Positions 1 through 14,356 are shown, numbered from the stretch's first letter. The stretch: DNA of 64,000 nucleotides from the human T2T-CHM13v2.0 reference genome, Homo sapiens (GCF_009914755.1 NC_060925.1), one strand, 5' to 3'. Notes: generated by a model not told the origin, from the letters alone. Program-made: numbers and translations.

Positions 1-101
1 CAGTTACGGTGAATCATGCTGCTATGAACATGAGTATACAAATATCTGTTCAAGTCCCTGCTTCCAATTATTTTGGGTACATACCCAGAGGTGGAATTGC
101 A
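1..101 (-). mobile_element. L1 (L1M-type) fragment
   Basis: gctgctatgaacatgagtatacaaatatct...ttttgggtacatacccagaggtggaattgc is a typical antisense L1 3' ORF2 motif. Confidence 0.75.
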
Positions 102-1121
102 AATGCTAACTTTTTGTACTTGTTGCTGATTGACTGGATTTTCCCAACCCTGTATTTGTAAATTTCACTTTTTGATCCCAAGTTCCTATAGAACCACTGT
201 CTCTACAAATTATTCTCATCATCTCAACCTGTTGAGGTCATGAAGCCCATTGATGCCCAAGTATCATACAACACAGTAGTGATCATTTACATCATTAGCT
301 CTACATCAGATTAACTTGCAAGGCTCTGTGCCAAGCCCAGAGTTTGTTTCTCAGAAAGCATGGTCACCAGTCCACAAATTATGTCAGTTAGAGGGGACAC
401 TGATGCAGGAAGCAGAAAGAAGCCATGGCCTCTTCCCCCACTCTCTTTACTCCCCCACTCCTACTCCCCTTGATCCCCTCTTTTGTATCTCTGCACTCTT
501 CTCTGAGTTTTCTTCCATATTCCCATTCTCTTCTAAAACATGCTTGGGGATAGCGTGTGGCATGCTAGGTGGGGGTGAGTCAGCAGAAATGTCAGCTTGT
601 ATGGTCCCTTTAATCCGTGTTGGGAGGTCCAGAGAGAAGTAGCTAGTCAGCAGTGAGTTACACACAGATCATGTGGAGTAAAGATTTCAAACTTTAGAAG
701 AAAAAATTCTAACATTTCCGAGATTGCTAACTTCTTTGAAGACAGGAGCATCTGTCTAGAGCAGTGGCCCAGGACGAGGAAGGAAGGCAGCCAACCTGTG
801 TTATCAGGATTCCCATCAACTCAGACAGCCAGAACCTCAGAAGTCTTTGCATTTCCCAGCCCCATATCCAGGCTCCACTCAACGTACCTCGTCCTGCAGG
901 ATGAGATCTATGCCCCCATCAGACCACTTCCATGATATTTCCAGTTTCTACTTGTAGTCTGAGGATAATATGATTTAACAATATTTGGTATCCTTGGCCT
1001 AGTTGTGATGTAGAGCTGGGGCAGAGTCTCAGCCAGAGAAGTGAACTATGGAGAAAATGGCAAATTTGTCTGAAGAAAACTTCTAATAATAATTTTTAAA
1101 ATTCAATGTAGTCAAGATGCA

Positions 1122-1646
1122 TGTTGTTCCAGTTATCTATTATTGTATAACAAGCTAGCCAAAAACTCGATGGCTTAAGACAGCCATCTGATGATATCTC
1201 AGGATTCAGGCAGAACTCAGCTGGGAGTTCTGTTCCTGGGTAGATAGACAGAGGTAAGACACCCAGTGGTATTCAGCAGGTGGATGCCCTGGTTTGAGAG
1301 TTGAAGATGGCTACACTCATCTATCTGGTGTCTTGGCGAGAATGATAAGGAAGCTGGGCTCACTGGGCTGTCCCTTGAAACACCTACATGTGGCCTCTCC
1401 AGCATGACAGCCTCAAGTTAATCAGACATCTTATGTGATGGCTCAGGGCTCCAAGAGGGGATTGTTCCAGTGAACAAAGTTGGAGGCTGCTGGTCTTTTA
1501 TCATCTAACCTTGGAAATTACCTAGTATCATCTCTTATGTACTCTGTCAGTTGAAGTAGTCACAAGTTTCAAGGATAGGGGACAGAAACCCTACCCTTTG
1601 GTGAGGGACTGTCAAAGAATTTGCAACCATATTTCAAAGCTGCCAT
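1122..1646 (-). mobile_element. Old MaLR LTR (MLT1 family)
   Basis: ttccagttatctattattgtataacaa...gatggcttaa...tgtggcctctccagcatg...gtcaaagaatttgcaaccatatt are MLT1 motifs. Confidence 0.7.
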
Positions 1647-1651
1647 ATACA

Positions 1652-2263
1652 TGTTGGGGGAACCAGCCCCACACCAACCGGCGGGTACCCCGAGTCCAGC
1701 GGAGACACAGGAGTTAGAAAGAGGCAGAATAAGCATTTAAAAGGTGGGTCCAGGGGACCGTTGTGTAGGAGGCTTGCTCATGGCCCAGAGCTCTTGGGCT
1801 CCAACTAATTTATTGTTTTACAAGCTCTTTGTTCTTAGGGCAGATGGGAGGGGGAGGAAGGGATGAGGAAAAGGATTAATCAGTGAAGGAGAACTTGTGA
1901 GTCATTCAATAAGATGTACAGCAGTGGTGGTCTCTGTGAATTTCCTTGAGCAAAGGCGTGTGTCTAAACTACTTAAGATTGCGTGTGTCTAAACTACTTA
2001 AGATCTTTAACTTATTGGGACTGAAAGGGGTGGGAGCGGGTTTCAGGAGGAGCCAAGATGTTTGATTATACTCCACTGCTTCCAGGGCGTGTTATCTCCC
2101 TGAGCAGCCTGTGGAATGCCCCCGAGCAGTTATGCTCTCAGGGCATAAAGACATGAAGGCAATAAGGAGACTTTTCTCCTCAGAGGTCACCCATGGCTCC
2201 CCATGGGTGTCTCACACAGGGGAGAACAACTCAACTGGCACTCCAGAAACTCTTTTTCCCACA
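1652..2263 (-). mobile_element. Solo ERVK LTR (LTR14 group)
   Basis: TG...CA termini with ATACA duplicated at 1647-1651 and 2264-2268. The minus strand begins tgtgggaaaaagagtttctggagtgccagttgagttg, as in LTR14-type LTRs. Confidence 0.75.
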
Positions 2264-3289
2264 ATACATGTATGTATATTTGAGTGTGATGATATAACCA
2301 CACCTGCACCTGCAGTTCATCACAAGTACCCCACACAATCTGGCATTCAAAGGGTTGTATGTCTTGGGAAGAGGAACTCACATCCTGTTGGGGAATCACA
2401 GGTTTCATGAGTGAGCCAGGTCCTGAAGGATATAAACTGTGTTACAGATGGAGATGGAGGAGGAACTGTCCAAGCAGAAGGAATCAGGTGAGCAGAGACA
2501 TAGGGAGAAAAATGATCATGACAGGCAGGAGGAGAATTCTGAGGGTCTGCTACGGCCGGGGGTAGCCTCATGAATGAAGAGGTCTCTGAACAGGGCAAAT
2601 AGGCAAAGATCAAGGATAGGATAGGGCAAGCAAGGGTTACAGAGCAGGACAGGGAAGGACATTGTAGGATGGAGACTTGAGGGAGAAGGAGGAATTCAAG
2701 TTCTAAAAGAGTAGGGCACTTGCTGATGGGGAAGGGTTCCCAGAGGCGGAAGGACTGAGAGTGGTAAGTGCTTCCTTTCACCTTGAAAATAAGGAGGTAC
2801 ATTTTTTCCTTAGGGGTAAGAGCAAAGGGAAGAAATGGATTACCGATGAGTAAATTTTGAAGTACAGAGAAGTAAAGTGGAGGGCTGGCTTCAATCTTTT
2901 GAGTAACGTAGGAGGTAAGGCTATTGACTAAAAGTGAAAAATCACTGATATATATGTTAGACATTTGCACAAGTTTCTATGAAAATACAAAATATGACTT
3001 GTTTAGAGAACTTCAGTAAAGTAGGCAAATGTTCAGCTAGGTGTTGGAATGATTAATTGTACAATTCAGTTTTGTGTATTTTAAATGTTTTTCCTGATTA
3101 CAAAAATAATATATATCCACTGTAGAAAATTTGAAAAATATTAAAAGGTACAAGAAAGGAAAGTCATCTATATACTCTACTATTACCCAAAGACAACTGC
3201 AAGGAGATAGTTTTATTCCTATGCAGTTGATTAATAATGCAGATGTCATTTTATTTTGTAACAAAATACAAATATTTTACATATTTGAG

Positions 3290-3445
3290 ATTCTACACAG
3301 TTTTGCTTCAATAGTCTTTAGACACAACTTTAATGTGTTTAATGTCTATATGGTGTCCATGCTGTAGAGATGCCATAACTTATTTAACCATTCTCTATTT
3401 TGGAATATTTAGATTGTTCTGAGTCTTCATTATTTCATCTATACC

Positions 3446-3476
<31 letters not shown>

Positions 3477-3725
3477 ACATGTGTATGCACTATATTATAC
3501 AACTACATGTATGTATATATAGATACCGTCTATGACCAGTCTTTGTAAGTAAGTGCCTCTCTGATTGTTTTTTCTTAGGACATATCACTGAATCAGAACA
3601 AATAAACCCTTTCAAGGTTCTTGAGACGTGTCGCTAAATTGCCTTTCCAGAAAGGGTGTACCAATTTTTATTTTCATCCACAAGCAGGCGGCTCGCTGAC
3701 CCTCGCCCACATTTTTGTCACTTTA
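3290..3725 (-). mobile_element. Degraded L1ME-type fragment
   Basis: atgccataacttatttaaccattctctatt...aaattgcctttccagaaagggtgtaccaattt motifs. Confidence 0.6.
3446..3473. repeat. (GT)14 microsatellite
   Basis: Seen directly. Confidence 0.97.
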
Positions 3726-4089
3726 AAAAGAAGTGACAGTTGGGAAAGCTCAGTTTCTTCTGGCAGTTGACACATTTGGGATGTTTTTTCACCAAAAAAC
3801 CTAAGGTCATGTTTTAGAAAATTCGAACTCAGAAATAGGACTTCTCTGAGACTCTCCTTTTCCCTCAAGTCCTTTTTGTGAGGGGGATGGGTGGGAGAGA
3901 GGAGACTGATTCAAGGAGCCTTCCAACTCTGATGTTCTGGTATTTTCACCGTCATTACTGGCACCAGATTGCTCAATCCTTCGACCAATAAGACAAAGAA
4001 GGAAAGTACTTCAGCGCTTGCTGTTTTGTAATACTGGCTTTGATTGGGAGAAAATAAGTGGGAAACAAGAGTAGCTTGGACAGGGGGCT

Positions 4090-5430
4090 TGGACGGCCAG
4101 CGCATTGACCAGAAGCGGCCCACACTACACGCGCGCGAACACACACACACACACACGCACACGCCGCGCGCGGTCAGCTAGAGTTTGGCTACTGGACCCA
4201 GGAAGGGAGGGAGCGGGAGGAGCTGGTGGCTGTCGGGTCGGGGTCTGGGCGCCACCGAGCGCCCGCCCCACCTCTGGAGTGCGCAGAAGGCGGTGCGTCC
4301 CGGGCCCCGGCAGCCCAGCCCAGGCGCTCTGGCCAAGTTTGCGCGCGGTCTCCGCTGACTCTCGGGTTACCTGAGCCGGCAACCACGTCAGCGCCACATC
4401 ATCTGGGCTTTTTATATTGCAAGGAAACAGGAAAAGAAGGAAGAAAAACATCGCCCGAGAGAGCCAATCGCAGGAAGACGGCGCTGCCCGGAGGAGCGGG
4501 GCGGGCGGGCGCGCGGGGGAGCGGGCGGCGGGCGGGAGCCAGGCCCGGGCGGGGGCGGGGGCGGCGGGGCCAGAGGAGGCGGCGGGCCGCGCTCCGGCCG
4601 GTCTGCGGCGTTGGCCTTGGCGGCGGCGGTGGAGAAGATGCTGCAGTCCCTGGCCGGCAGCTCGTGCGTGCGCCTGGTGGAGCGGCACCGCTCGGCCTGG
4701 TGCTTCGGCTTCCTGGTGCTGGGCTACTTGCTCTACCTGGTCTTCGGCGCAGTGGTCTTCTCCTCGGTGGAGCTGCCCTATGAGGACCTGCTGCGCCAGG
4801 AGCTGCGCAAGCTGAAGCGACGCTTCTTGGAGGAGCACGAGTGCCTGTCTGAGCAGCAGCTGGAGCAGTTCCTGGGCCGGGTGCTGGAGGCCAGCAACTA
4901 CGGCGTGTCGGTGCTCAGCAACGCCTCGGGCAACTGGAACTGGGACTTCACCTCCGCGCTCTTCTTCGCCAGCACCGTGCTCTCCACCACAGGTAGGGTA
5001 TCCTGCGCGCCCCCTGGCCGCCCCGGCCACCTCGCCCACAACCCACACACCCCGGCCCCGGCGCCCCGGGCCCCTCTAACCCTCCCACCCCACCCCCCAC
5101 CTTTCGCCATCCCGGCTCCTCCAGCCCGCCTCCCCTCACTGTCCTCCCGACCCTCCGACCTTCCCCTTACTGGCGTCCCCGGCCTCTGCCTGGGTGACTC
5201 GGGAGGGCAAGCCCTGCGGAGCCGGAAGCCAGAGAGGTGACTCCAGACGTGACTTGGTTGTTGCCGTCCGTAACTCTGGGGAAGTGGTCCCTAACTTCGG
5301 CCTGGGTGGCTGCAGGTGCTTCCTCCCCTTGAGTTCTTTTTTCGCAACCCACTAAGCCAAACTGTCGGGTTTGAATGTGTAGCAGCACCTGGCCGCCGTG
5401 CGGCAAGGCAGCGGGATGATGGAAACTCAC
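4090..5430 (+). promoter_or_regulatory. KCNK1: CpG island / KCNK1 promoter and 5' UTR, with CCAAT box (4464-4468) and multiple GC boxes (4497-4570)
   Basis: Very high GC and CpG density around exon 1; AGCCAATCG and repeated GGGCGG motifs upstream of the ATG. The exact TSS cannot be read from sequence. Confidence 0.9.
4638..4992 (+). CDS. KCNK1: KCNK1/TWIK-1 coding exon 1 (N-terminus, M1, cap with C69, N95 sequon, P1 up to STTG)
   Basis: ATG at 4638 translates MLQSLAGSSCVRLVERHRSAW...DFTSALFFASTVLSTTG, recognised as human TWIK-1. The exon ends at donor CAG|GTAGGG; 355 nt, phase 1. Confidence 0.99.
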
Positions 5431-7873
5431 CACCTTCCTCCCGCACCCATCCCAGAGGCCGAGGCTGCAGTCTGGTAATAATACCTTCTAAAGGGTCACC
5501 TTCCGGAGTGTGCCGTCCCTTTGGACCATGCACAGATATTCCAGCTCTTTTGTACCTTGGAGGCAGTTTTGGGGGTAGCCGAGTGACATCACTCTGCTCT
5601 TCCCAGGTGACCTCTGGGCGGACAGGCCGATCCGGTTTCTTTTCAGAGTAGGAGGAAGGGTGAGGGAGAGTAAAGGAACCATAGGATTGCCTAAGATCTG
5701 ACTTAATTGGGGCACCCTGATTCAGCAGTTCCTTCAACTTGAGGTGTGCGAGGCTCCCCATAAACTTCGAAGCGCCACGTCCCCGTACGACTCACCCGCG
5801 GGGCGCCCGGCCATGGAGGAGCCTCCTCAGGTGAAAGATGAGGCCGGGCGCATGCCCCAGGGCTCGGTCACTGTGCCAGATCAGATGAATGAAGGCCGAA
5901 TTTCCCCAGCCGGACCTAGTAAGGCACATACCCAGAGTGGAGATATCAATTGGTATTTGGACAGTGGGAGGAATCTGAAAGAGCGTTCAGCACAGTCCCT
6001 TCTTTTGATCTATGAGATCCAATCTTTGAAATAATCCATCTCGTCATGCACAAGGTCACACACTTCCTAGTTACCAGTGTCGTCCTGGAACCTGGGCCTT
6101 GTGATTTCTCTGCCAGGACCACTTTGTAACCCCCCACCCTCAACCTTTACAGGTGAATCACATCCCTTTGTGTGACTCCCAACTCTTCCTTCCTCCCCAC
6201 CCCCCTCCACCACCCAAATTATTGTGTATAATTCCCTTTGGGCTATATCTTGTTGACTATCTTGGTAATTACTTGGTAATGAGTAATAATACACTATTCA
6301 TGTAGATCACATGAAACAATTATTCAGAGGTCTGGGGTGAATTACTAAACTGATGTAAATCTACCCTGAAATAAACAGAAGTGGAATTCTAGCTTGTATT
6401 GTGAGATCTAAAAAACTGTTAAATGTAGCGCTAGACAAGACAGACCTGTTATCTCACTTTCCAAAGAATGCCTGTTCCCTTGCCAATACAATTTAATTTT
6501 TCTTTCCATAACTCTGCCTCCATTGTCTTTACCTAGTCCTCTGTTCCTCAGATCATTTAGGAGTCACCATGCCTTTCCTTTGGAGTATATTTGTGCTATA
6601 TTGAGAGTCATTCATTCTTCCCAGAAGTAAGTGTTTCCATGGGGCTACAGAAAGTTTACAACTGGGTCACAATGTTGGGTAAACATTTCGAAGGATGCTT
6701 ATAGCGTGTGGTGTTTTCTTACTAATGATATTGTGAGGATAGAACAAGAATAAGAACAGTTTTGAGGAAAAAGGTTTGCTTTTATCTGGGTGGGATTTTT
6801 CGTGACTCATGTATAGTCTTAACATCATATTGTCTAATTAAATGTTAAAAATTAGTTTATAATCTTGAATAGATGAAATATTCTTCCCAGAGGAGAATTA
6901 GAAAAAGGGATAGTTTCTGTTTAAGAAAGGGGTGGGGTGGGAATAGACGTCTTATTATTGGTATTCAGATTGCTTTGTAGTTCCTAAGAAAGTCTGTATT
7001 CATGCAAAACAAGTGTTCATTTAAGAAATCAGTGCAAGGGGCACTTAAGGATAAACTAAATGAAAAAGGTGCCTCTTGGTTTGTAAAGTTAGCACATCAA
7101 TGAATTCTTGTTATATGAATACAACTATTCTAAATGAAAAGTACTCTTCTGTTGGCTTTGTACTGCCCCATTATTTGACACATTTGATATTTCTTAAGGT
7201 TTCAAAATTATAATTACCCATTATTTGATTCATTTGATGTTTTTTAAAGTCTTCAAATTATCATAGGTGCCCTGGCCATGAATCTTATAATGGGTGAGAA
7301 ATCTTTTCTTCCCTACAAGGGGAAATAAAGAGATGTTAAATTGTGTGCTGGAAACAAACAATATTTTAAATCACTTGCTGGAAGCAGACAATTTTTTAGA
7401 GTAAAGCTGATGTGCTTCATTACTAGGAAAATATTTTCTGGAAAAGCGCCAACCAAATAAAATGAGTTGCAATCGCTTTTCGTTTTTTGGGTGGATATTA
7501 GACATGTTGTGCTTTTTTTTTTTCTTTTCTTAACACTTCTAGTCCTTTTGAAGGCAAATCACTGAGATAATTGTTACCTAATTAATCAGTACAGTCAATC
7601 CTTGACTTATTCAGAATGCTAACAATGAGCATTACAAAGATGCTGTTATTGGTAGTCATTGTTGTAACACAGGCCCATGAGTGCTTTTATGTCAGAATCT
7701 TCTCACCCCAGAATGTACAAACTTCCGTTTCTGGAAGGAACTGAGTAAAGTCTTCATGGTCTACTTGGAAGAAGGCTTAGGTTGGTAATTCAGCAATAGT
7801 CTTCTCATTCTGTGCTTTGCCAAAGACTCTGAATTATTTCCAGCAAACAATTTAACATCTCTTTATTTCCCTT

Positions 7874-8690
7874 TGTAGGAAAGAAAAGATTTCTCACCCA
7901 TCATAAGGTTCATGGCCGGGGAACTTATAATAAAATGCAAATTAACAAGATAAAAGCACACACATTTAGTTAATATAAGTTTTAGATGACATAGACGCCT
8001 TTAGAAATGAAGACCCCAAGAAACAGGGAAGTTTATGTATTTTTAGGACAGTTGTGTAGACGAATGATTGGAGAACAAAAGGATATGATCTGACTGAGCA
8101 CGGTGGCTCACACAGGTACTCCCAGCATTTTGGGAGGCCAGGGTGGAAGGATTGCTGGAGCTCAGGAGTTCAAGACTGCAGTGAGCTATGATTGCACCAT
8201 TGCACTCTAGCCTAGGCAACAGAGTGAGACCTCATCTCTACTAAAAGTTAACAAAATTAGCCCGGAGTGATGGCGTGTGCCTGTAGTCCCAGCTACCTAG
8301 AAGGCTGAGGCATTGAGTCTAGGAGTTTGAGGCTGCAGTGAGCTGTGATTGAGCCACTGTGTTCCAGCCTGGACAACAGAGCAAGACTCTGTCTTGGAGG
8401 GGGAAAAAAAAAGAACAAAGAGGATATGATCTAAAAAGCTAAATAACTGGAGGAATTTAGCAAGGCCTATTTGTTCAGATTTTTCTTGGAATCTCTGTGT
8501 CTTCAAAGATAGAGCATTCCTTTTCTCAGGATATAGGATGGGCTCCCTTGTAATGAGGGTCTTCTTCAAAGGAAGGGCAGAGCTTCAGGGAAGAAGGTTA
8601 AGAGGAAGGCGAGAATGATCTTCCTGCTTCTGCTGTTTTCTCAAATGCTAAGGTGCCCTGTTTGGGGGTCGCATGCCCTGAACTCCATCA
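7874..8690 (-). mobile_element. ERV1 LTR (MER34/MER39 group) interrupted by an Alu
   Basis: attaacaagataaaagca...gaaatgaagaccc and terminal ggtgccctgtttgggggtcgcatgccctgaactccatca motifs; sequence continues on both sides of the Alu. Confidence 0.65.
8092..8412 (+). mobile_element. Old Alu (J/FAM-like) with an atypical long left arm
   Basis: Two Alu monomers, A tail, and TSD AGGATATGATCT (8080-8091 / 8421-8432). Confidence 0.9.
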
Positions 8691-9068
8691 CCCTTCATTC
8701 TAAAAGATACGGCAACATCTGCATAGGAATCTTATGAGAATGAGTGAAACACTGCAATACAGTTTTGAGCTTTTCAGAAAGAAGAGTTGTATACAAAAAA
8801 AAAGGAGGTATTATAGACTGCAGAATTTCCCACAGAACTTCTATACTGTGTTTTTTTTTTTTCCCCAAGGATTGAGGAAATAATGTCCAGGTGATATTTG
8901 GGGAGTAAGAAATAATTATTAAACTTTGGTAGCCATCTAAAACTTTGGACAGTGTCGTTCATTCTTAAGAACAATTTGTGATGTTGATTTACTAAAGTTT
9001 ACTTCTTTATTCATTCCCCAAAGCAAGGCCATGTTATGATGACAACTGTTGGGTAAAAATACAGTTTT

Positions 9069-9787
<719 letters not shown>

Positions 9788-10095
9788 CCTGTTCCTGCCA
9801 TTGGTAACCCTGGTGCCTTTAGCCAGGATGCTGCTTTATCCCTATTTATGAAGAGATGCATTGAAACTCTAGTTAAAGTGTTCAGTAAGTGAACTTAATT
9901 GGGCTTGGTGTACAGTGGCTTTTGATTAAGGCAGGTAGGGAGCTGCTACAACATAGGTAGTTTTCAAATAAAGAAGATGGGAAGAGGCAGTGGGGGATGC
10001 TGGACTGATCCTTAGTTGTCAAATTATTTTCAGTAGTACAAATGTGTTGTTACCATCAACAAATACTTGTTGCGCTTTTAGAATAGAGTGAAGTG

Positions 10096-10758
<663 letters not shown>

Positions 10759-11329
10759 TTCAGAATGATACTTGAAAGGTACGCTAAGAGTATTCTGAAT
10801 ATTTCACTTTCTTCTGGGAAACTTTGTGTAAGAAAGTTCAGCTTCTCAGACTTCTTTGTGCTGTTGTTCTAAGTGGTATGCAACATTGAATAAATTATGT
10901 ATCACCACCAACCACTTTCAAAACAAATGTTTATTTCAGATGCCACTTACTTGTGATCCAATTTGTGTCACTGCTTTTTTTTTCCTTTAATGATGACAGT
11001 CTACACTTCACATTGTGATTATCTTATCTAAAATGTGCAATAAATACTAAATTATATCTACTATAGAATTTACATAAAATTAAACAAGCAAACTCTGTAT
11101 TAGCCAGAAGAGAGATCCAAAATCCCATATTCTGATGTTTGTGCTCTGTATTCACAGGTCTTGATTTTGAGCCTTTACATTTAATTCTAGAAGTTTTAAT
11201 TATCTGGTTTTCAAGCCTATAATATAAGAAATTACAGAGGGAAAGGCACAGCTATGGGGAAATAGACATGGCAGGTTATAAAAAGATAAATAGTTAAAAA
11301 ATTCCAAACTAAAATTTTATTTTAAAATA

Positions 11330-11545
11330 ACATCTTTATTGAACCCTTTATATGTGCCAGGCAATGTTTACACATATTCATTTCCATGCATTGCAATAAA
11401 CTGATGAGATATAGGTATCATTGTCTTCACTTTACAGAGGATGAAACGGAAATTAATAGGTTGAACAACTTCTCTACTTAGGTCCCAAAGCCGGAAGTGA
11501 CATGGTCTTAATTTGAATGCAGTTATGTCTAAGAACCTGAGCTTT
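11330..11545 (-). mobile_element. MIR
   Basis: tttattgaac...tgtgccaggca...actttacagaggatgaaac core motif. Confidence 0.7.
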
Positions 11546-11567
11546 AATAGCATCTGGGCATCAGACC

Positions 11568-11858
11568 TTGTTATGGGCCAAATCGTCTCCCTCAAGTTCT
11601 TATGTCGAAGTTCTACCCTCAGTATTTCAAAATGTGACTGTATTTATAGATAACATCTTTAAGGAGGTGATTAAGATAAAATGAGGCCACAGTGAGAAGG
11701 TGGCCATCTGCAAGCCAAGAGAGGCCTCAGAAGAAATGAAGCTTGCAGACACATTGATCTTGAACTTGAAGCCTCCAGAACTTTGAGAAAATAAATTTCT
11801 GTTGTTTAAGCCACCCACTGGTGATATTTTGTTAAGGCAGCCCTAGCAAACTAATATA
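11568..11858 (+). mobile_element. MLT1 (A/B-like) MaLR LTR, internally deleted
   Basis: tgttatggg...gcctccagaactttgagaaaataaatttctgttgtttaagccaccc...gcagccctagcaaactaata. Confidence 0.85.
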
Positions 11859-12233
11859 GAGGTACATGATAGTTTTTATTTAGTTGCACAAAACCCATAC
11901 AAATAGTGGAGGACAAGAGACAGAATCTTTTAAGTCTTTAGTCTTGCAACGAACAATTTTATATACCTGAATGGGATGTCATTGTTTTAGAGCGCAATAT
12001 AGTAATCCACGTCCTTGAATCATCAAGAAAAATATCTCAACATGTTTCTACTTAAGAAGGCAGGGAAGTGTATAATAAATTCTAGAAACATTTCCACCCA
12101 ATAATGGTCAAAGAGAAGAGATTCTTAGTGTTTAAATCTGTGAACTCATACCTGTCTATAAAACATACCAGTTTTTAGTATTTTGAAGGTTTGGGGTTTT
12201 TTTTTAACTATAAATTTGTTATTATCTATGCCT

Positions 12234-12628
12234 ATTTTATAGCCCCTGGAAGATACTGCTACTATTATCAATAACGTGGAAGAAATGATGTCTTTCCTTT
12301 TATGACATAACTGTGAGTCCTATCAAGGACAGAATCTTTGATTGAACCAGTATCCTAAGGGAACTCTGGTGCTCTCAGAACAAGCTATTTTATGACATTG
12401 CTCATTGGAGTGTTACTGTGTGTGACTGTCATTTTATAGCCCCCGGAAGATACTGCTACTATTATCAATAACTTGGAAGAAATGATGTCTCTTCTTTTAT
12501 GACATAACTGTAAGTCCTATCAAGAACAGAATCTTTGATTGAAGCAGTAACCTATTGGGAACTCCGGTGCTTTGAGAACAAGTTGTTTTATGACATTGCT
12601 CATTGGACTGTTGCTGTGTGTGAGTGTC
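12234..12628. repeat. Tandem duplication of a ~197-bp unit (2 copies, roughly 90% identical)
   Basis: attttatagcccc(t/c)ggaagatactgctactattatcaataac starts at both 12234 and 12431. Confidence 0.95.
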
Positions 12629-13524
12629 TATTGTCTTTGGAGCATGTGAATTGCCGACACTCAATTGTTTTGACCCATAAAAATGGCAATTCCAGAAGGT
12701 TCAGTTTACTACAAGGTTGGTTTCAGGGACAGAAATCTCATCTGCCTCATATACTCTGACATACTCAGAGTTGCACCTGCTGGCTTTTATTCTCCAAAGA
12801 CATCTTCCAATTGTATTATTGACAAATCCGTGAAATACTAAGGTGCTGAAGTTCTCCATTGACTGTGTCATGCCCAGGTGGCTTATTCAAGGCAGGAGAT
12901 AAAGGTTGTCACTTTATTGGAAAGCAAGCAACTTTTGAGGTGTTTTATTGACTCCTGTGATACTTCTATCTCCTAGACTCAGTCTGTACTCTGACTTTCT
13001 TTGTTTCTTTTGCATGGATCCCTTATTTTTTGTTCAATCCCCAAAGTTGGTGGCCCACTCTCTGTCAGCAGCATATTGCAAGGTGATGCCCCCGATCTGA
13101 GGCTGAATGGAGGAAGAAAGAGAATAGGGAGTTGGAGATGTAGAGTTTGTGCACCTGAAAGGACTGTGGGATTGTCTCCTTGAACTTGAGTCAGATCAGA
13201 AGGGCTTATCTGTGACTTTCTACTGGTTTTCATGTTTGCCTTCTTTAATTTGGAAAACAGCTGATTGTTATATTGATGAGATTAATTTGCTTAGGTTAGA
13301 CATGGGAGTGTTTTTAATTTGCTACCGTCTGCTTGATCCCAGATCAGAGTCTAACTTTTTGCATTAGCTCCTCTGACTGGGATTGACCAACTTTGTGAAA
13401 TAAAAGCCTGCCCGCTGCTGCCTCTGAGACTCAGTTATTAGTACCCATGGAAGGGCTTTAGGCAGAAAGCTCTCAGGGAACTCAGAGAGAGTCGGTGAAA
13501 TCATGGCTGATGCATTCAGAGGAC

Positions 13525-14356
<832 letters not shown>

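Noticed and set aside
2347-2970. 207-aa minus-strand ORF
   Set aside because: Pyrimidine-rich strand of purine-biased, probably repeat-derived DNA; non-ATG start and no recognisable domain.
4125-5048. 307-aa antisense ORF over exon 1 and other long ORFs in the CpG island
   Set aside because: Non-ATG starts, low-complexity Ala/Arg/Pro/Gly content, and stop-codon scarcity expected from high GC and the antisense of a coding exon.
4993-5240. Extension of the exon 1 ORF (RVSCAPPGRP...)
   Set aside because: Intron 1 read-through past a good donor; the pore motif is completed only by exon 2.
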